Shown: piece after piece, positions 30,598 to 45,856 of the stretch | Layout of the letters: each line of letters opens with the position of its first letter | Position numbering within the stretch: position 1 is the first letter of the stretch | Origin: the human T2T-CHM13v2.0 reference genome, Homo sapiens | Assembly (NCBI RefSeq): GCF_009914755.1 | Contig: NC_060931.1 | Length of the DNA: 64,000 bases | Strand: one strand, 5' to 3' | Position numbers and translations under genes: made by a program | The notes under the pieces: model-generated | The model's database searches: none | Told to the model about the DNA's origin: nothing | What the model saw: only the letters and a program-made list of their open reading frames with translations

Positions 30598-33138
30598 AAA
30601 GCATCATACTCAGCAGACAGCTCCCAGCACTAGGCAGCAAGGGCAGGAGGTAGGGATGGTGACAGACTCCTTCAGGGTTAAATGCTAAGACAGTGCTGGT
30701 AGCTTGGTTAGGCCAGCTTTGCTGTCAGTGTGCTGAGAAGCCAGCAGCCTACATTGCTAGGCTGGAAGTGACTGCTGTCATAATTTATAAGATAATGTTT
30801 TAAAGAAAGAGCTTTAAAAAATCCCATGTAAGTTTTAACTTAGTTTAACAGACTAAGTATCTGTTAAGCCTTAAGCATCTTGATCTTTCCAGTCCATATG
30901 TCATGGCCTGTTTACCCAGCTAGTTCGTTCTTTTCTCCATTTCTCTATTTGCCTGTTGTTAAGCTAAAGTTATGTTTGTACATTTAGAAGATGGGATGAG
31001 ATCCATGTGTATCTAAAAGGGCACACCTCTCCAACTATGTTCTATATGATAATTTCTCATTTTTCACTGGTTACTTAAAGCTGTTACTAAAACAACATGT
31101 ATGAATGTTGGATAGATAGAACACTAAACTTAAATTAATTTCAAAACATTAATAAGAATCAGATCCATTATTCAGAGTCAGAGATAAAAATATCTTCACA
31201 TGCTCTAAAAGAGTAACTTCTTGATAGGAAAAGTCATCCCATTTTCTTTTAAAGCAATCAGAGGCATCATGGTGTCATTTTTAATTCTGGCAGAATCAGT
31301 ACATCCTCTCCTTCCACGGGTTGGAGCTCCATGTGCTGATTCTGAGTGACAGGAACAAATGTCATTCCAACCACCATCACAGCACATGGAGGATTCCTGG
31401 GTGTAATGCTGGTCTCCTCCCTTGCTGGGGTATTGCAAAGCTTAATTAATGTTTGCAAAACACATGGAGGAAACTGTATAGAAATTACTATGTAATTGCA
31501 AAAGATCATTGAAGGGAAATGCTAGTAAAATTTACTGGGAGAGGAGGAGGATTTAATTGGTAAGTCTTATGCTTTACTTTGAAAATCATATCAGACAGAA
31601 GTGAATTGACTTTGTAAGTGCCAAAAATAAAGGAAGTTATGTTGGGTGGTCTATAAATTCAAGATATTAAGTTTCATGGCTGAATTTAATTTCGTTTGAA
31701 TTCATAATACTACAAACCTAACCAACTACATTAATTTGTTACAGAGACTAAAATCTGCTTGTATGTCTGTCTCCTAAGAAAACCCAAGTGTATAAGGATC
31801 CTTAGTTTTCCAAGAAGTTCAACCAGAAAAGATAGCCTAGCCACCTTGATGGTAACTGGATTTACTTTGAGGTGTTTCCATTTAACCATAGCTTTTGGAT
31901 GCCTTGTCAAAGCAGCATATTATCTTTGTTGGATTACTTCTTGGGAAACTTCAGCAATATTGGTAATGTTTTGCATTTTCTTAGTTTTTTTTTTTTCTGA
32001 AGCAGAACTTCTGAGCTGAGCTTATTTATCTGATAACGTAATTTTATAACCATGTAATTTGTACTGTTTTTTTTTTCTCCCAGTACATATTTTGGTACAA
32101 TGTCAAACTTACCACATTTCAGGGCTAATGGGTTAAGTAGAATAATTATTCTAACTAATTTGTAGGCACCAAGGTTTGCAAACCTCAATTAGAGTTGACC
32201 AAGGGGTTACTGTGTGGCTCAAGGCTTGAATAACTGAGGGCTGAGCAGCTCAACTCAGGGCTGAGTTTGCTGTCAGGTCCAAAGCAGTTCTGTTATACAC
32301 CTAATCTGCAGGAGCTAGAGTCCAGATCACAAGGACCAACCCTTGCCCAGGCTGTGGCACAACCTGACTGTAGGGAGAATTGAGTAATAGCTGCAGCAAT
32401 CCAGGGTTTGCCAATAACTTTCTTTACCAGGAAAGGCTGTTCATTCAAGACATTCTCAGTGTGGTTTAAGGACTGTGGCTAGATGTCAGATCTAAGGACT
32501 CAGGTGGAAGGGAGCAAAGAGACAAGGTTCTCCAAGAAAAGGGGTCTTGTTAGCAGTTGCAGTCTCAGTTATGTTCAATCCTCGGAGCAAAGGGTAGAAA
32601 CTTGAGACATTGTAATTTTCAAACTAAGGCATGTTGCTTAGACTGGGATTCAGAGAACCCAGGAATGGAAACAAAGAAATAAGGAACAGGGGCATATGAG
32701 AACCCAGAGACAAATTATGTGGATGGGAGCAAGTGACAGGAGCTGGCTAGTATGTACCGTTGCTCTACAGTGCTCATCTGGTTAGGTCTTGTCCCTGCTT
32801 ACAAATCATGAGTAACTTGAATGTTTTCTTTGGCACAAACGAGAAAATCTAAGAATGTTGAACTTTATCTCAGCTAAGGAAAGCAGCAATGGTAGAGGTA
32901 CCATCCCACCCTTTGTAATCCTTTTGTGTGCTGAGAAAAACACATTTAATCGTGGTCTAACTCCTGCCTACATCTCCAGATACCCTCTTGCCATCCCTCC
33001 AGCAAACCCTGTACTCCAGCCTCACAGTCTACTTGCATTTTACCATTGGTACTGTAAGGATGGAAAAGTGTGATATCTTTTCTCACCTATCATAAAGGTC
33101 TCAGCTGACAAGCCTATGACAAAAGACAGATTAACAAG

Positions 33139-33576
33139 TATAAGCCAAAAAGTATCTGAGACAGGTCTCAATTTAGAACTTTATTTTGCCAAGGTTAAGG
33201 ACAATGCACGGAACAAAAAATAGAAAATCGCAGGAACAGTCTGTGGTCTATGACTTTCTCCAAAGATGAATTTAAGGGTGCCAGTATTTAAATGGGAAAA
33301 GTGGGTGGGAGGGTATGGTAATCCACATGTTGCAAGAGAAAAGGAGCAGGTAGGGGAATAGCCAATTATGTATTCTTCTCGTGTTCAGTAAAGCAGCATT
33401 TTACATAAGATAAGGAGAACATAGAGTAGCTATCTGTGGAGATACGTAACCTGTTATCTGTAGCTGTCCAGTTAGGAACAAAAGGAAAGGCAGCTTCTTG
33501 CATGACTCAGCTTTCAGCTTAGTTTTTTCTTTTGGCAGAGTGAATTGGGGTCCTGAGTATTTATTTTCCTTTCACA
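33139..33576 (-). mobile_element. MER4 (D/E-like) ERV1 LTR
   Basis: Ends ggaaaggcagcttcttgcatgactcagctttcagctt..attttcctttcaca; 4-bp flanks CAAG/TAAG. Confidence 0.85.
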
Positions 33577-33870
33577 TAAGAGAAAGCCATAATACATTGA
33601 TTTAGTCACAGTTTTATGTGACATGGGAGCCTTCAGAAATGAAGACCCAAAGATCTGGGAGAACTGTTTTTATGCAAAGTGTGATGAAAGAAGTGACTAG
33701 TTGTGGAGAAACATGATTGGTCAAAAGGGTACTATCTAATGGTAATAACTGAGGGGGAAAACCCAGCAAGGCCTGACTGTTCAGATTCTCCTTGGCCTCT
33801 CTGTGTAGCATTGCTTTCTCCCCAATTTAGGGCATGACTCTGCTGGAATGAGGGTCTTCAAGGGAGAAAG

Positions 33871-34494
33871 TTTTACTTGGAAGGGGTCCCAATCCAGACA
33901 CCAAGAGATGGCTCTCAGATCTCACACAAGAAAGAATTTTGGGTGAGTCCACAGAGTAGAATGAGAGCAAGTTTCTTTAAGAAAGTAAAGAAAAGAATGG
34001 CTACTCCATAGAGCAGCTGCAAGGGCTGCTGGTTGGATATTTTTATGGTTATTTCTTGATATGCTAAACAAGGGGTGGATTATTCATGGGTTTTCTGGGA
34101 AAGGTATGAGCAATTCCCAGAGTTGAGGATTTCTCCCCTTTTTAGACCATCTAGGGTAACTTCTGGACCTTGCCATAGCATTTGTAAACTATCCTGGAGC
34201 TGGTGGGAGTGTCTTTTAGCATGCTAACACATTACAATTAGTGTTTAATGATCAGCGAGGACAATCAGAGGTCACTTTCATCACCATCTTGGTTTTGGCA
34301 GGTTTTGTCTGGCTCCTTTACTGCATTCTGTTTTATCAGTGGGATCTTTGTGACCTGTATCTTGTGCCAATGTCCTATCTCATCCTGTGACTAAGAATGG
34401 CTAACTTCCTGGGAATGAGGCCCAGCAGGTCTCAGCCTCATTTTGCCCAGCCCCTGTTCAAGATGGAGATGGTGTGGTTCAAACACCTCTGACA
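33871..34494 (-). mobile_element. MER41B ERV1 LTR, full length
   Basis: Reverse complement starts tgtcagaggtgtttgaaccac..ccatcttgaacaggggctggg and includes the MER41B GAS-bearing segment; 4-bp TSD AAAG at 33867-33870 and 34495-34498. Confidence 0.9.
34093..34101. promoter_or_regulatory. GAS (STAT1-type) motif TTCTGGGAA within MER41B
   Basis: Perfect TTCN3GAA; the neighbouring tandem site at 34114-34122 is degenerate (TTCCCAGAG). Confidence 0.55.
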
Positions 34495-34946
34495 AAAGCA
34501 GACAGTGACCTTTCTAGGGTTTATGGCTGGCTTTGGGGGAAAGGAGTTCTAGTGTCTATGACCTCCCTTTGGGGAAGAGAAATTCTGGTTTTCATGACTT
34601 GCTTTCGGGGAGAAAGTAGGGAGGATCCAGGAGGGTGGGAGGTGGTCAGAATGATGTTGCTTCTGAGTCCTTCCAAAGTCCTTCCATTTCAAAGTACCGT
34701 ACTTTGGGGTATTGTATTCCTAGCCCCAGTAGTTCCAAGTTCTTTTGGGTATCCCTGCCTTTGCACAAGCTACTCCCACTGGGCAGAACTCATTGCCCTC
34801 GTTCTCTATCCAGCTAGTCCTGAATCATCCTTCTAGACTAAGTTGAGCTATCCGCTTTTCAGAAGCCTTTCTCTGCCTCATCTGGGACTCATAGCATTGT
34901 GTTTACTGTCATTAGAGTACTTGCTGTACCAGTTTATGTATACAGT

Positions 34947-35576
<630 letters not shown>

Positions 35577-37101
35577 CTGTGTTAAAACTCCCATTTGTTT
35601 ACCTTAAAACAGGCAAAAACCCTTTTAGACTCTGAGCTACACAGTGGTTGGGGAAAAGGTTCTCAATAAGTTTGCTGGAAAAACCTGCCTGATTAATCAT
35701 CATAGATTGAGAGGGGACCTTGTATGGTAACAACCACCTCTCTGCTATTTACGTGGAAATGAGCACTACTGCTGCTGGCTCCAATTTGATTGATAGCACT
35801 CAGGCTTTGCAGATTGGAAGCCCTAATTAAATGTCAAAAGGGACTACATTGCGAACTGTGAATTGTCTTTTAATTACAGTAAGAGAGCAATTGAACTATA
35901 TGATCCGGTAATTGTTTAAAGTGACCATGCTGAATCCTTAGAATCCCCCTCAGTTTCTTTCTCTATAGGATGCTGCATGACAGCCCAGAGCAGGCATTAA
36001 AAGGGCAAAAGCAGGGCCTGGAGCAGGGAACCTTAGGCTACCTAAATGAAAGGATCCCTCCTTACTTTCTTTTCCCTCGTTACCCACCCTTCTTTTTCCT
36101 TTTTTCTTTCACACTTCAGTTCCCTCATTCCCAACTTTTGGTCATTACCACACAAGATGTTTTTTATAATTCCTGCCATGTCTATGTACCATTAATAGTT
36201 TTATATAATTCATAGTTTCTTTCATTCATGTACACAAAAAGCAAACTTTGTATGACTACCTTAAGCAATAACCAGTATTACTTTTCAAAGGTTGCCTTAA
36301 AAATAAATAATGAGAAATTCTGGCCTGCCGGAAAACAGCCCCACCCTTACAGAGCAGAAGAATTTGAAAAGGGTTCTTTTGGAGCCTGGTGGCCTCTAGA
36401 GGCTCTTCCTTCTTGATGATCTGCTCTGTATGAGTTGAAAGGCAGTGTTTGAAATTACAGTACAATTCAAGCTCTATCTAAAGCCAGGCAGCCAATATGT
36501 CCCCAGTAGTGAACACCAGGAACCACCACTGATACCTGCACTGCACTGTGGGCAACATTGCTCTAGTTTCCAGTCTCAAAATAGATAAAAAGTGTCTTAT
36601 TATTATGTTGGTCATCCTCTGTCAAGTAGGAAGTCCTGATTTTTCACTTACATGCCACAAACATTCTGATTAACATCTTGATTTTACTTTTCCACCCTTT
36701 TAACCACCTCAGATACTTTGTTCTGGGAACCTCTGTATGTCTCTTTAAAAACCATACAGCTAGAATTTGGAACTGACATTTAGCAAGCACCTACTTTAAG
36801 GTAATTTATACAGTCTATCTGTATTCATCATTGTAATGACCTTGAGAAATAGGTATCATCCCTATTTTACAGATGTGAAAATTTTGCTTAACGTTATAGA
36901 TGTAAAGATTCAAATTTTTCATTTGTACACCCCTACTTTGTGCTGGCTCCGTGAATCTGCTGGAATTTTTTTTTGGTTGTCACATCATGGCTGAGTATCA
37001 TAGCAGCATTGTCTCAAAATTCTTACTTGCTATATTCCCAGTGATAAAATCAAATCAGCTCTGCCTATGACTAATCTTCAGTTCGCTACGACCATTTCAT
37101 C

Positions 37102-37282
37102 CAGAGCTGGCAGAAGGGTTTCATCTGTGTTCTAATGCCAAACAATAGGCAGAAGCTGCCTGGACCTTTGCACTGGGAGACTGTTTCTGGGCTTGGCACA
37201 AAAAAGTGATTAATTAGAAGTGTCTGCTCTAGGTTCGGGAGCAGGGAGTGACAGCACAAGTATCATACATTTGCCACGCTTG
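37102..37282. mobile_element. Old hAT MITE (MER117-like)
   Basis: TIR-like ends cagagctggcaga..tttgccacgcttg; internal ggtttcatct, gctgcctgga, gtgattaattag..tgtctgc; name uncertain. Confidence 0.55.
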
Positions 37283-37303
37283 ATGTAATCTTTTCTGGAA
37301 TTA

Positions 37304-37829
37304 TAGTTGTCCCCACTTATTCATGGTTTTAATCACCTGTGGTCAACTGTGGTCCAAAAATAGTAAGTCAAAAAATTCAAGAAATAATTCACAAATTTTA
37401 AGTTGCATGCCATTCTGAATAGTGTGATGAAATCTTGCAGCGTCCCACTCTGTTTTCTATGGATGTGAATCACCCCTCTGTCCAGTGTATCCACACTGTC
37501 TACACTACCTGCCCATTAGTCGCTTAGTAGCTGTCTGGGTTATCAGATCGACTGTCTCAGTATTTCAGTGCTTGTACTCAAGTAACCTTTATTTTACTTA
37601 ATAATGGTCCTAAAGCACAAGAGTGGTGATGCTGGCATATTATAATTGTTCCATTTTATTATTAGTTATTGTTAACTTCTTAATGTGCCTAATTTACAAA
37701 GTAAACTTTGTCATAGGTATACGTGTAGAAGGGCAAACATCGGATATAAAGAATTTGGTACTATCTGAGGTTTCAGGCATCCACTGGGAGTCTTGGAATG
37801 TATCCTCCTTGGATAAGGAAGCACTGCTG
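37304..37829. mobile_element. MER44B-like TcMar-Tigger element
   Basis: TA flanks; gtcaactgtggtccaaaaata..ggtttcaggcatccactggg..ggataagg..actgctg. Confidence 0.88.
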
Positions 37830-38512
37830 TACTTATGGGGTCAGTCATTTCCCAGTTAGTATTTACATGTGCTACATTTTCTCCTATTTATGGCTTAGCA
37901 GTGGTCTTTTTGGTTTCATATTACTTCTTTGGCTATCCAAGTTTAAAAACTTGAATCCAATTGTGTGAAGGTGCTGGGAAACCTAGTTATTTCTCTTCTT
38001 CATGTAATCAAACATTATCTGTATACCGAAGGTGATATCAAATAAACTAATACAGGTATTCCACAGAAACAACCAGTAGGACTATCCCTGCATTAGATTT
38101 TATAATCTGTTAAAAATAAATTTCACAAGATATCCAATAAGGATTTGCCAATTTTTGTGCTTGTGATTGCTAAATACAAAATTGTTTGCCTCTGACAAAA
38201 CAAGTCCAATATTAAATAGGTTATATAATCCATTTGCAATTTCGTATATAAAATTTTCCCAAGTTTGAAGACTAGCTTAGGGGTTTAAAAACAACCTAGG
38301 TTGATTGTCATAAGAATTTCACCATTTAACTCATTGGCTAGATTTCAATAAAAGTGATTTTTTAAAAAATTATGGCTTTCAAGCCCTCTAAAATCAGTTA
38401 CTTTTTTAAATTTACGTATGCTTTAGATACCAGTTTACAAATTGACTTCTGAGAAGAACATGTTTTCTGATATCTATACAAAGAAACTATTAAATCATTT
38501 TCCCTGAAATGA

Positions 38513-38871
<359 letters not shown>

Positions 38872-38873
38872 TA

Positions 38874-39591
<718 letters not shown>

Positions 39592-40171
39592 TCACAGTAA
39601 TTTTTTTCCTACAAAAAAAAACTTAAGAGGATGAAGTTCTAAGAACTATTTTATGTATTGAGTCATTCATAATTGGAATATTTTATGCTTAGCATTAGCA
39701 TACTGACTCTTAATTTTAAAATGTTGGTTCTGGAAACAGAATTTACCTGCTTCAAATTAAATTATTTTCTTTCAGAATTTTACTTCTCCCAAGTACCCTA
39801 AGGCACATTAAATAAGACAGCACAAGTCATATGGCAGCCTCTAGAGAATATTTATCTTAATTGCATTGATCTTACTTCATAAGGTTAAATACAATTTTTC
39901 CCCAAGTTATATATCATTTTTATTGAGGTTAATGTTGAGTCAAGATCTAATTTCAGCAGCTTCTTAAAGTTATTTGAACTGTTTCCTCCAGCTACATGAT
40001 ACTTATTGTTCATTTGAAATTTCAATTCACCATGCCTTACTCCACTCATACATAGCTGGATATGCTTTTTAAAATATTGTGGTTTAAAAGAAGAGTGTGT
40101 GCTAGTTAAGTGAAGAAATTTTAGAAGACTTCTATTTCTGAATATGGCAAACTTGATAACACAAAAAAAAG

Positions 40172-40712
40172 TGTGGTTGTTTGAAAAACATGGCCTTATA
40201 TTCTTTGACACTTTTTCCATTAAAAGGTGAAGTCTTTACCCTTCCCTTTGAATCTGGGCAGGTTTTGAAGCCTTCAACAATAGGGCTTAGCAGAAGTGAC
40301 ACTAAATGATCTATGATGCTAGGACACAAAGGACCACTCAGCTTGTTGGCTGGAATAATTGCTCTTGGAGCCCTAAGCCACCATGTGAGAAGCTCAGCTG
40401 CCTGGAAGTTACCATGCTAGAAAGGCCCCATGTAAGTTGTCCAGTGGACATTCCTGGTTGAGGTCAGGCTTCCTGCTATCCTTACAAGGCACCAAGCATA
40501 AATAAAATGCCATCGGATTATTGAGTCCTTTGAGTCACCCCCAGCTTCTTGATGTCTGAAGCCCTAGACATCATGGAACAGAGATGAGCCATCCTCACTA
40601 TGCACTGTCTGAATTTATCACCCACAAAATCCATGAATATGATAAAATGGTGGTTGCTTCATGCTTCTCAGTTTTGGAGTTGTTTATTGTTCAGCAATAG
40701 ATACCTGGAACA
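40172..40712 (+). mobile_element. MLT1H-like MaLR LTR
   Basis: ttctttgacact..ccctttgaatctgggc..agcagaagtgacact..cagcaatagatacctggaaca. Confidence 0.82.
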
Positions 40713-41336
40713 TAACTTGGCACTTGAAAAACGAGTGCTTTCATAATATAACCTAGAATATGTGGTGTTGATTTTGGGGGCCAGGTAGCAGGTGGGAGCC
40801 TGATGGACCTTTGGGAACATGAGGTGAAGTACTGAAGGAAATAGAAATGTTATGGGAAGTTGGAGGAAAGAGGACTCTTGTTAGTGTTAGCAGACAGTTT
40901 GGTAACACTGTCACCTGTGATAATGTGGAAAATAGGAAATACACCTAATGAACTCAATGATCTAGATAAGAGATTTCTATGCAGAATATTGAAGGTGTCT
41001 CCTGGCTTTCTCTGTCTGCCTATAATAAAATGTGGGCGAGCAAGGCACTAAAGCATAGAGCTTAGGGGAAAAAAAGGGGGGAACAAGTGGGTTTTTCCAG
41101 CTAGTAAACAGATCTCAGAGTAAGAAAGAACCTCGGGGTAAAGATCAAGTCCTAGCTGCTGTTAGGAAAATGTAGTCTCAAGGGAAACATGGAGTCTAGG
41201 GCGTGACTTATAAACCTGTACTTAGAACTCACAAAGCTTTAAGGTTGGGCCTCAGACTCTTTTTAAACAAACGAGAGTCTTCTAAGGATCTTAAAAGTGC
41301 TGTGTAGACACTCTCCATTAAACATTAAATATAGCC

Positions 41337-41638
<302 letters not shown>

Positions 41639-41761
41639 CTAAACATAGGCTTTCTAAGAGAGACAGATGAACGAACAAATATAAGAACCTTAAGGGCATT
41701 GTTCCATAGCAGCCTCGGAAGAGGCCCAAGGGAGAGAAAGACTTCCTAGGAGAGATTTCTA

Positions 41762-42086
<325 letters not shown>

Positions 42087-42149
42087 AAGTTTATAATTTT
42101 TTGGATTTTTTTTTAATTTGGATAATTTTTTAAAAATTATATCAGTTTT

Positions 42150-42442
<293 letters not shown>

Positions 42443-43689
42443 ATTAGTTTTGAATAAAAGGGACAGAAATAGTATGAAATGAAAGGAGATCTTTCATTTT
42501 ATTCTGAAATTCTGAAATTCTAACTGCAGGAAGCAAACTGAGAATATGTATCAGATGCAAAAGCAATTTGAATAATATATTAATAGCTACACATTGATGT
42601 AAGAGCTAAGGACATTTTTGTTTTGTGTTCCTTATTTAAGATGGGAAATAATTGAGTTTATTTAGATGCTGATGGGAACAGGCTAGTAGCTGGGAAAGAC
42701 AGAAGATTCTGGAAAAAATGGGGATTGATGACATAGCAAGTCTCTAAGAAGAAAGGAATTGAGAGAACAGATTTTGAAAGGAGGAGAGAGACATTTTCCA
42801 CTGAGATAGGGAAGAGGGTCTGGTAACTTTAGGAGGATGGGGCTGAAGGTTGGCCCCTATTTTCTTGACAAATGTAAAGCAAGATCATCAAGGACCAGCA
42901 ACAAACTTAGAGTTCCAAGACATACTTTTCTTCCTTTATGGCAATGATACATTCATTTGTTTTATACTTTCAGATTAAAATTATTTTTATTATCAATCTT
43001 AAACATGAGAAACTGTATAAATCATTCTGGTTTGATCCTGAAATTCATCACCCATTATATTCTCCAAGAGATTTGCCTCTGTCCTTTTCGTTTGTTTGAA
43101 TTCCTATTACCACTAGTGCTCATATTAGATACCGGGGACTGAAATCCAGGGAGGTTAAACTGGTGATGGTCATCCACAGGTTCCTGGAAGGGTTGGACAC
43201 TACCCAGGAGTCTTCTTATTTTATTACTGTTTCTCACTAGTGATGGTTTTGTTTTCCATTACATTTCTTAATGATATGTCCTTACCGGAGACTCAGAAAA
43301 GTGCACTTTGTCCTGTTGCAAATTTTCATCAATGAGGTGAATATATTAAAATTATGAGGGCTAGATAATGTATCAGATAGCAAAAATATTATTTAAAATG
43401 TTTTCAGTGTGCTATAGTAATAGTCTAAATGAACAAAAGGAATTTTGAAAGGGAAGAAGATAAAGTTTTGCATTTAGTTTTCAAAATAGGCAATTGCAAG
43501 AAAAATATATGCCTGACATGATTAATGAAGAAATAGAAAGGGGTAACTTGTAGTACTGGATACAAAAACTTACTGTAAAACCATATTAAACAAAACAGTA
43601 CAATATTGGTATAGGCAAAGAGAGACAAATAGTTGAACAGTCCAGAAAAAGCCCATCCATAGAACAAACTCATCTGTATGTTTGCCCAT

Positions 43690-43893
43690 ATACAGCTGGG
43701 CAAGATCAACACAAAGCCTATTTTATAATAAAGTATTGAATAGCTAATGTAATTTATTGAATAACCTATTGAAAATGAAAAACAGAGTGGTTGTGTGGGT
43801 ACTTGAAGTGTGATTTCTACTGAATGCATATCATTTTCTCACCATCATAAAGTAGAAAAATTGTAAATCAAACCATTATTAGTTGGAAAACTG
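43690..43893 (+). mobile_element. MER47A fragment inside the L1M
   Basis: Parallels 39025-39210 (caacacaaagcctattttataataaag..aaattgtaaatcaaaccat). Confidence 0.85.
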
Positions 43894-44613
43894 GTGAGCT
43901 GGATTAAAAAATGGAAATGTATCCTTACCTCTTCCTATATAGAAAAATCAATTCCAAATAGATCAAATATTTTAATGTGAAAAACAAGTGAATTTTTTAG
44001 AAACGCTACAAAAGAATAATTCTGTAACAGATATGGAAAGACTTACTTTAAAAAGTATAAGCCGTTGTGAAAAAGACTGATAAATTTGACTATACTGAAA
44101 TTAAAATTTATAATGATCAAAAGCATCCTAAAGAGATTGAAAAATAAAAGGTGCACACTGGAAGAAGAGATATGCAATTTATTAAAATTACAGATTAATA
44201 TGCAGAATATGCAAATAAATCCACTTATTAATAAAGACATTTCAACTCAATAGAAAAGGCATAAAGAAGAGTTTCACAGGGGAGATAGGACAGCCAATAA
44301 ACAAATAAAATGAAGTTCAGCCTCATTAGTAATCAAGGAAAAACAAATTAATATCACAGTGAGGTACCATTTTAATCCCCATTAGACTAGAAAAATCAAT
44401 TAGCCCTACAATATTAAGTATAGCAAGAATGTGGAACCACAGACCACTTACTGCTGATGAGATTGCATACTGGTAAAATGACATTGGAAAGCAAGTGTGC
44501 ATTTTCCAGTAAAGATGAAATTCTGCATACTCTGACTCTTCTTTAGGTACACACCTTAGAAAAACTCTTGGACATGTGCATAAGGAGGCATGTGCAAGAA
44601 TCTTCATAACAAA

Positions 44614-44904
44614 TTATTTTTTGAGACAGGGTCTAGCTCTGCCCCTCAGGTTGGAATGCAGTGGCGTGAACATGGCTCACTATAGCCTCAACCTCCTGGG
44701 CTCAAGCAATCCTCCTGCCTCAACCTCCCATGTAGCTAGGACTACCAGTGTGCACCACCATGCCCAGCTAGTTTTATTTTTATTTTTGTAGAGGAAGGGT
44801 TTCGTTTTGTTGCCCAGGCTAGTCTTGAACTCCTGGGCTCATGCAATCCTCCCACCTGGCCTCCCACAGTGCTGGGATTACAAATGTTAGCCACCGTGCC
44901 CACC
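44614..44904 (-). mobile_element. AluJ
   Basis: TSD CATAACAAA at 44605-44613 and 44905-44913. Confidence 0.93.
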
Positions 44905-45453
44905 CATAACAAACTTCTTAAAGACATGAAACCAGAACAAACTTAAAAACCCTCCATCAGGGAAATGGATAAATGAAGCAGTGAAAATTAACGAACTACA
45001 GCTACATGCAGGGTTATAAATGAATCTTTAAAACAACACGGAATTCTTTAAAAAGCAGAAAACAAACAGCATGAGTCTATTTATTGGAAGTTTAAAAACA
45101 GGATAATATATACAACATATTGTTAAGGATATGTATGTTATGTAGTAAGCAAACACGAGGCAATGATAAACACAAAATTGAGAATAGTGGCTTCCTTCCC
45201 CAGTGTCCCTGGGGAGGATGTGGATGCAGTCAGGAAGCGGTTCACAGTTGGCTTCAAAGGTGTTAGAAGTGTTCTGTTTCTCAACAAGCTGGTTAATGAG
45301 GATTCTAGTGTGTACCTATATGTTTATTTCATAAGAGCAAAAGTACGCAACATAGACTCTTTGGTATATGTGTTTCACAACTTAAAAATAAGCAAATAAG
45401 AAATACACTTTTATATGTAGGATTTACTTCACAATTTTAAAAATCAGTGCATT

Positions 45454-45856
45454 AAGTGGAATCATGCAGTATTTATCCTTTTTTGACTGGCTTATTTCTT
45501 AGCATAATGCCCTCAAGTTTCATCTGTGTTGTAGCATATGACAGGATTTCCTTCTTTTTTAAAAAAGCTGAATATTATTTTCTTACATGTATATATACCA
45601 CATGATTCCATTTGTGATACATCTAAAGTAATCAAACTCCTAGAAATGGAAAGGAAAATGGTCGCCTAGTGCTGGGGGAGAGGGGGAAATGAGGAGCTGC
45701 TGTTCAACGGGTCTAGAGTTTCAGTTGCATAAGATGAAAAAGTTCTAGAGATCTGCTGTAGAACTAATTGTGCTTCTAGTTAACAATACTGTACTGTACA
45801 CTTAACATTTTGTCAGAAAGGTAGATCTCATGTGTTTTTAACACAATAAAATACAT
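45454..45856 (+). mobile_element. Short L1MB/late L1MA 3' insertion with 5' inversion
   Basis: Antisense L1 piece 45454-45600 then sense 3'UTR 45601-45856 ending AATAAA; TSD AAATCAGTnnATT from 45441 and from 45857. Confidence 0.85.

Larger units (their letters stand above)
33053..34731 (-). mobile_element. MER39-like ERV1 LTR split by two younger LTRs
   Basis: tgtaagg..gacaaaagacagattaacaag / gggagccttcagaaatgaagacccaaaga / tactttggggtattgt..gcccca; flanks GTAC and GTTC. Confidence 0.8.
43520..45440 (+). mobile_element. Old L1M (L1ME/MD-like) ORF2 3' part and 3'UTR
   Basis: aaaacagtacaatattggtatagg, aaaaatcaattccaaatagatcaaa, cagcctcattagtaatcaaggaaa, gcaatgataaacacaaaattgagaatagtgg. Confidence 0.8.

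Noticed and set aside
31790-32800. Possible ancient LTR-like sequence
   Set aside because: Could not assign a family or termini from memory; needs Dfam
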